Shown: positions 16,675 through 21,932 of the stretch, piece by piece
How the letters are laid out: each line of letters opens with the position of its first letter
How positions within the stretch are numbered: position 1 is the first letter of the stretch
Assembly: GCA_040235515.1 (NCBI GenBank)
Contig: JBECKX010000172.1
Span: 1 to 21,932 of the forward strand
Length of the DNA: 21,932 nt
Direction: 5' to 3'
Source: Candidatus Zixiibacteriota bacterium
Lineage (GTDB): Bacteria; Zixibacteria; MSB-5A5; CAIYYT01
Made by a program: the position numbers and the translations under genes
Notes under the pieces: model-generated
What the model was told of the DNA's origin: nothing
The model's database searches: none
What the model saw: only the letters and a program-made list of their open reading frames with translations

Positions 16675-17652
16675 TTATCGCTTCATATCGATCACGACTT
16701 TGGCGCGCGCATGTCCCTCTGCGACATAACGTACGGCATCGGGGACCTCCGCCAGAGAGTAGCGACGTTCTATGACAGGTTTGACCTGGCCCGATTCGAG
16801 CAAATCTCTCAATGTCAACAGATCCTTCTGGTTCGGACTTGCCACGAACCCCTTGAACTCCATCTTCCCTTTTCGCGAATAGAGCGGGGCAAGCAACGAG
16901 AACTTGAGGAACTGACTCACCGTACCTCCAATCAAGACCATTCTCCCCGTCGGGATCAACGCCCGCTTGAAATCCCGAAGCGATCGGTTGCCGTTGACCG
17001 CCAGAATCAGGTCGTACTTCTTGCCGCTGTTCGCGAAATCATCCTTGCTGTAGTCGATCACGTGGTCAGCCCCGATCTGCCGCGCCGTTTCGACGTTGCG
17101 GGCGCTGCACACCGCGGTCACTTCAGCACCGAACGCCTTCGCGATCTGAACCGCAAACGTCCCCACTCCCCCGGACGCACCATTGATCAGCACCTTTTGT
17201 CCAGCCTCGATCTTCCCGTGCTCTCGTAACCCCTGAAGCGCCGTCACTCCCGCCAGTGGTGTGGCCGCAGCCTCCTCCATCGTCACGTTTTTCGGTTTGA
17301 TCACCGCGGCACTCTCGCGGACGACAGTATATTCGGCGAACGCACCATTGAAGAACGCCGTGACATCTCCGAACACTTCATCGCCCGGTTTGAGTTGCGT
17401 GACAGCGGCGCCGACCGCCTCTACGCGCCCGGCAAAATCTGCGCCGAGGATTTGTCGCTTCGGCTTGAACATTCCCTCCCCCATCAGCCGAACGAAGAAT
17501 GGGTCCGCTTGCAGGATATGCCAGTCAAATGCATTCACTGACGCCGCATGCACCTCAACAAGAACCTCATTCTCCCGCGGAACCGGCTTCTCGATCTCCC
17601 GCAATTGCATGACGTCGGGAGTTCCATATCTGGTATTGACTATAGCCTTCAT
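16675..17652 (-). CDS. NAD(P)-dependent MDR-family oxidoreductase (zinc-independent, quinone-oxidoreductase/RTN4IP1-like)
   Basis: MKAIV start, VEVHAASVN, ILGADFAGRVEAVG, VLINGASGGVGTFAVQIAK, GADHVIDY and GHARAKVVI. No Zn-ligand Cys residues. Confidence 0.92.
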   Translation of the reverse strand: MKAIVNTRYGTPDVMQLREIEKPVPRENEVLVEVHAASVNAFDWHILQADPFFVRLMGEGMFKPKRQILGADFAGRVEAVGAAVTQLKPGDEVFGDVTAFFNGAFAEYTVVRESAAVIKPKNVTMEEAAATPLAGVTALQGLREHGKIEAGQKVLINGASGGVGTFAVQIAKAFGAEVTAVCSARNVETARQIGADHVIDYSKDDFANSGKKYDLILAVNGNRSLRDFKRALIPTGRMVLIGGTVSQFLKFSLLAPLYSRKGKMEFKGFVASPNQKDLLTLRDLLESGQVKPVIERRYSLAEVPDAVRYVAEGHARAKVVIDMKR

Positions 17653-17785
17653 TTTGACACCAGCCTTCTTAGTGACACCGCCCACACGATTATATTCAGA
17701 TCCCGCAGATGTCGCACAACGGGGTCACCTGCTCTTACGTTTCGATGGCTCTGCAGGTTGTCGATTACTTCTCCACACGATCTGA

Positions 17786-18646
17786 TCAACGTGCAGTTGC
17801 GACGACTGCCATCTCGGTGCAAGTCTCAGTGAAGCTGTCGCCGGCAACATTGGCATAGAAATCATCGACTGCAAACCCACCCGCCGTCAGTTCACCACTC
17901 AAGCTCTCCGGACTGAAATACTGCAACCAGTTGTACACTACCCGCAGACCCGACTCATCAACTATCGTGTACTTGTCGAGAGCGACCTTTACATCGTCAT
18001 ACTTGAATTGATTGACGAAACAATAGTAGTCATTGGGAGACCAGAAGCCGTCAAGGTGATTGAACGCAAGCTGCGCCGACTCCCGCCTCTCCTCAAAACC
18101 CCTCAGCGTATAGACATCGAATAGCAACTTCCCCCCCGGCTTCAGGAAACGCAGGAAGCTGGAGAGCAGCAGGTTGCGCTGCTCAGGGCTGAGGGCGCAG
18201 TAGTCGCACATAATCATGATGATCAGATCAAACCGTTTGTCGGTGTCGAAGTCGAGATAGTTTGCCTCGACATACTCAATTCGCAACCCCTTCTCTGCAG
18301 CGACTTCTCGGGCGTAGCGCAATGAATTGCCCGAGAAATCGATCCCCGTTACGCTTGCACCCCGCTCAGCCAGCGGTGTCGCGTAGAGACCGGGACCGCA
18401 ACCGAAGTCCGCGATGCTGAATCCGGTGCCTACCTTGAATCGTTCCACCAGCCATGCGACCGAGCGCGCTATGAATGGCCGCCTTCTCGATGCAGCATCA
18501 ACCGTATCATCGAGATGATACTGAAGCATCCTGTGACTGGTGTGTTGGTTTGTCCAAAGCTCGGGCGCGGTGTAACGCTCAAATGGCTCTGGCTTTCTGC
18601 AGATTTCTTCGAGTGTAGTGAACAGGTAATGTTCGTTAGTGGCCAT
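17786..18646 (-). CDS. Class I SAM-dependent methyltransferase
   Basis: Motif I IADFGCGPGLY, then VTGIDFS, FDLIIMI and LKPGGKLLFDV. Confidence 0.92.
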   Translation of the reverse strand: MATNEHYLFTTLEEICRKPEPFERYTAPELWTNQHTSHRMLQYHLDDTVDAASRRRPFIARSVAWLVERFKVGTGFSIADFGCGPGLYATPLAERGASVTGIDFSGNSLRYAREVAAEKGLRIEYVEANYLDFDTDKRFDLIIMIMCDYCALSPEQRNLLLSSFLRFLKPGGKLLFDVYTLRGFEERRESAQLAFNHLDGFWSPNDYYCFVNQFKYDDVKVALDKYTIVDESGLRVVYNWLQYFSPESLSGELTAGGFAVDDFYANVAGDSFTETCTEMAVVATAR

Positions 18647-18861
18647 AGTTGCGTTATCTGCCTCCGAATCGGTCGCTCGTCTTTTGCAGTGCAGGGAACC
18701 GTTAATGACAGGTTTGTCAGACTATTCCCGCATACCCGTCGCTGTGTGATCTCAGAGCCCGCTGAATGATTTATTCCCTTCTCTTGAGCGAGCTGTGTTG
18801 CTTCAGGCGAGTTATAGAGCTCGGTAACTGAAGGAACAGAGATGAACTTATGCGCAAGCGA

Positions 18862-19383
18862 TCACAGGCGCGCCAGTGAGGATTCCATTCCAAACGCGCG
18901 GCGCCAGGCGGCGAGTTGAGCGAGATGCATTGCCTCGTGAGAGACACACATGAAGATCAACATATCGCCAAACGTAGGATAGTAGTTTGAGAATCGCCAT
19001 TGGCACGGTTCGAAGAATCGGTCGTTATCCAACTCCTCGATTCTGCCTTCAACTATTCGGTGCCTGTCAGTCAGTTCCTGCAACAAAGCAGCTTTTCCGG
19101 GCAGATCGGGTGCATCATTGGTTGGCAGCCTCGGATCACCGGGCCCCCTGCGCAGGAAGAAATCGTCCCAACCCTGCGGCAGGCTGCAATTCTCTCCCAG
19201 ATCTTGCGCAATCAGGGTCGAGCCGGTTACCAGATGCCCCAGCGTGAAGCCCGGCGTGTTCTCCAATCCGGGCGCCGGCACCGAGTAAAGCAGATCATCC
19301 TCGATATCTGCAACCAGGTCGGCAGCGTACTTCAAATTGAAGCGGTACGACTTCAGCAATATCTCACGATCAAATTCCATCAT
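18862..19383 (-). CDS. DinB/YfiT-family four-helix-bundle protein
   Basis: NTPGFTLGHL and HEAMHLAQL provide the His triad, followed by WRRAFG. Confidence 0.85.
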   Translation of the reverse strand: MMEFDREILLKSYRFNLKYAADLVADIEDDLLYSVPAPGLENTPGFTLGHLVTGSTLIAQDLGENCSLPQGWDDFFLRRGPGDPRLPTNDAPDLPGKAALLQELTDRHRIVEGRIEELDNDRFFEPCQWRFSNYYPTFGDMLIFMCVSHEAMHLAQLAAWRRAFGMESSLARL

Positions 19384-19635
19384 GCCTATTTAGCGTGTCA
19401 GCAGTGGCTGGCGCAAACGGTTTCTAAAAACATGGATGTATTGTGACTCCCCATTCGTCTGGAGCCGGCTCAGCAATGATCCTATAGGTTGATATTCAGC
19501 AGCACGCGCCATCATAGAACGGGCTGATCTATGTTATCCTTTTCACAAACAATGTGCGCAGCAGCCATGACAACCTATAATGACACCAATATTCACAAAT
19601 GCCGACATGGCACCACTGCACAAAGTGCACTCTTT

Positions 19636-19653
19636 TTGTGATAATTTTCACTT
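19636..19653. promoter_or_regulatory. Rex- or CRP-type operator overlapping the -35 element
   Basis: TTGTGA-TAATTT-TCACTT matches TTGTGA-N6-TCACAA (Rex) and TGTGA-N6-TCACA (CRP). A second copy, ATGTTA-TCCTTT-TCACAA, lies at 19531-19548. Confidence 0.6.
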
Positions 19654-19680
19654 GACAAACATAGAATGAATAGTTAATGT
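19652..19680 (+). promoter_or_regulatory. Sigma70-type promoter of the decaheme cytochrome operon
   Basis: Perfect TTGACA (19652-19657), a 17-nt spacer, then TAATGT (19675-19680), in an AT-rich intergenic region. Confidence 0.65.
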
Positions 19681-19841
19681 TAACTAAAGCGTTTGTTAGT
19701 GTTCACTAACTTCATCTCGCGGCGAATCATAATGTTTGCCGATCTGGCTGCAAGCGCGCGGTGATTCAGGTCACCTCAATCTCGGAATTGGAAACTTAGA
19801 GATAACTGAACAGGATGCTCAGAGGGTCCTGAAGGAGAGTT

Positions 19842-20789
19842 ATGGTTCACTTGAGAAGAAACCTCGCAGAGCCGCTCGCTTGTTTGTTTCTAGGTGGATT
19901 GTTGATTGCAGCCTTCCTCCTGCCGGCACCACTACAAGCTTCAGAGAATGATGAAGCTTGCCTGGTCTGTCACGAGGAGATGGAAGAAACATTCACCCGC
20001 ACCGCCCATGGTATCTACTTCAAGAACGACAACAAAACGGGCAACTACGGTTGCCAATCATGCCATCTCGATGGAACGGCTCACATCGAGAGTGGTGACC
20101 CCGCGTTGATCTACAATCCGGCCAGGATGCACGATTTCGACGAGGCCGAGAGTTGTCTGAGTTGCCACCGAGGTGGGATGTTCAGCGACTGGGAATTCTC
20201 GGTTCACTCAGGCAGTGAGGTCAGTTGCGCGACCTGCCACAAGGTGCATGTACCGGCAACTGAGTTTGCAACTCAATCCGCTACCGAGCTTTGTTACGGG
20301 TGCCATAGCAACGTGCGCTCTGCAAGCTATATGCCCTCGCGCCATCCGATTGCCGAGGGCGACCTGGTTTGCCAGGATTGCCATGCAATTCACGGCGGGG
20401 ATAACCGGCTGGCAGCCGACGGCAACATCTCACAACTCTGCTTCAGTTGTCACGCCGACAAGGAGGGTCCGTTCATCTACGAACACGCTCCTGTTGAAGA
20501 GGATTGCATGATCTGCCATACGCCGCACGGGTCGGTTGCAGATAATCTCCTGAAACAGCAGGAACCAAACCTCTGCTTGAGCTGTCATCCGATGCATTTC
20601 CACGCGACGGTGGAAGGAGTCGATGGCGAATTCGACGTCCCACAGGCGCCGGAACGCTCCGGCATATCCACCCCGGATGGCTTTAAGCGCGCGATGCTCA
20701 CCAAATGTACCCAGTGCCACACGCAGATACATGGCAGCGACCTGCCCGGGCAAGCGATAACCTCTGGCGGCGGAACGCTGGTTCGATAG
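19842..20789 (+). CDS. Periplasmic decaheme c-type cytochrome, MtrA/DmsE/PioA/MtoA family
   Basis: Ten CxxCH motifs (CLVCH, CQSCH, CLSCH, CATCH, CYGCH, CQDCH, CFSCH, CMICH, CLSCH, CTQCH), the family signatures KEGPFIYEHAPV and QIHGSD, a signal peptide and an AAGGAG RBS. Confidence 0.95.
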   Translation: MVHLRRNLAEPLACLFLGGLLIAAFLLPAPLQASENDEACLVCHEEMEETFTRTAHGIYFKNDNKTGNYGCQSCHLDGTAHIESGDPALIYNPARMHDFDEAESCLSCHRGGMFSDWEFSVHSGSEVSCATCHKVHVPATEFATQSATELCYGCHSNVRSASYMPSRHPIAEGDLVCQDCHAIHGGDNRLAADGNISQLCFSCHADKEGPFIYEHAPVEEDCMICHTPHGSVADNLLKQQEPNLCLSCHPMHFHATVEGVDGEFDVPQAPERSGISTPDGFKRAMLTKCTQCHTQIHGSDLPGQAITSGGGTLVR

Positions 20790-20800
20790 GAGTACTGATC

Positions 20801-21932
20801 ATGATTAAGAAACTGATTCAAATCTCGGCGGTACTTATCGCACTCACCAGTTGGCCGCTGCTCGCACAGGAAACGGACCCGGCATTCTATAAGTATTCCC
20901 TCTGGCTCGGCTCCCACTACACATCCTTCAACGATAACGCAAAGAAGGTGGGTGAATACAACCTAGGGAATGATGAAATCCTGCCCGAGCTGAAATTCAA
21001 TCTGGTCGCCACCAAGGAGAACAGGAGATTCACCGCCAACCTGCACTACTACGATCAGAAGAATATACTGACGGTGCTGCAGGGAAACGTCGGCAACCGG
21101 CTTAATGCGCGTGTGCGCTACCGGTCTCTGGTGCGGCAACGCGCCCAGGATATGCTGACGAACCTGTCGACTCGCGAGTGGCTCACTGACACTCCCGGCG
21201 GCAAGATGATCACGCACGAAATAGAGAATCCCGATGCTGATTTCAACACCCACCGCAACGAGGTGGAAGCAGAACTTGAGCTGCTGCTGTCGAAGAAAGG
21301 CAATCTGCGGGTCATGGCCGCCCACCGCAGCATCATCGAGACCGGCACCGAGCAGAAAATCGCATCCGATCACTGCTTCAGTTGCCACATGCAGTCAAAG
21401 TCGGTGGATGTTGATAAGCGCACCTACATCGTAAAAGCCGGCCTTGAAGCCAACAACGACAAGATCGATGGTGGCTATACGGTCGGCTATTACAAATTCC
21501 ATTCCAAAGAGCCTGACCCGACCGCGTATTTCGATCCCGCGAAACACCCCGTCAATGGCGGCTCAGCAGAGGAATTCGGCTCGCGTGTGATCTATGACGA
21601 TGCGACCCTGCCCTATGCGGTCTATCCGGAAACGGAGAAGTTCTCTCACAAAGCACGCTTCGGCGCCGAAGTGGGAAAGGGCAGACTCTCAAGCAGCGTC
21701 AGCTACGTGATGAGTGAGAACAAGCGTTCTGATCTCAACACCGATGCCATCACCGGAATCGCTCAGTACCGCGTGCCGCTGTCACCCAGAACGCGACTGA
21801 CCGCCAGGGCTTCCGCGCTGAAACTCACCGCGGATGATCCCTTCATCGATCTCCCGGACTGGCGCGAAGGACGCCCCGGAACGCCCGTAGATTTCGACTA
21901 CACCAGGTACTCCGCGCTCGACCGCGTGGAGT
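20801..21932 (+). CDS. Outer-membrane porin partner of the decaheme cytochrome (MtrB/PioB-like, CxxCH-containing); 3'-truncated and absent from the ORF track
   Basis: Manual translation from ATG 20801 (AGGAG at 20788-20792) is open to the window end: MIKKLIQISAVLIALTSWPLLA-QETD...KKVGEYN...DHCFSCHMQ..., with amphipathic beta-strands. Confidence 0.85.
   Translation, partial: MIKKLIQISAVLIALTSWPLLAQETDPAFYKYSLWLGSHYTSFNDNAKKVGEYNLGNDEILPELKFNLVATKENRRFTANLHYYDQKNILTVLQGNVGNRLNARVRYRSLVRQRAQDMLTNLSTREWLTDTPGGKMITHEIENPDADFNTHRNEVEAELELLLSKKGNLRVMAAHRSIIETGTEQKIASDHCFSCHMQSKSVDVDKRTYIVKAGLEANNDKIDGGYTVGYYKFHSKEPDPTAYFDPAKHPVNGGSAEEFGSRVIYDDATLPYAVYPETEKFSHKARFGAEVGKGRLSSSVSYVMSENKRSDLNTDAITGIAQYRVPLSPRTRLTARASALKLTADDPFIDLPDWREGRPGTPVDFDYTRYSALDRVE

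Overview
A 21.9-kb gene-dense bacterial chromosomal segment. The likely source is candidate phylum Zixibacteria or a relative, inferred from a lineage-typical C-terminal dockerin-like tag plus an MtrAB-type locus. In order it holds a TAXI-type TRAP transporter pair, an RRM RNA-binding protein with a structured repeat-containing leader, DUF169, DUF4405, a minus-strand operon (beta-barrel, DUF4266, DUF3570), a BNR-repeat dockerin protein and a ZU5-like lipoprotein. Next comes a tight minus-strand signalling operon: cNMP-binding/PAS histidine kinase, DUF3307 membrane protein, and a soluble-adenylyl-cyclase-like tandem cyclase continuing in frame, past a single TGA, into a STAND ATPase-TPR region. 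After that are an MDR oxidoreductase, a SAM methyltransferase, a DinB-family protein, a decaheme MtrA/DmsE cytochrome and a truncated CxxCH-bearing porin missing from the ORF track. I saw no rRNA, tRNA, CRISPR array or transposase/integrase. The best candidates for new biology are the cAMP make-and-sense operon and the TGA sitting exactly in the cyclase/ATPase linker. All family assignments come from motif recognition by eye, not database searches.
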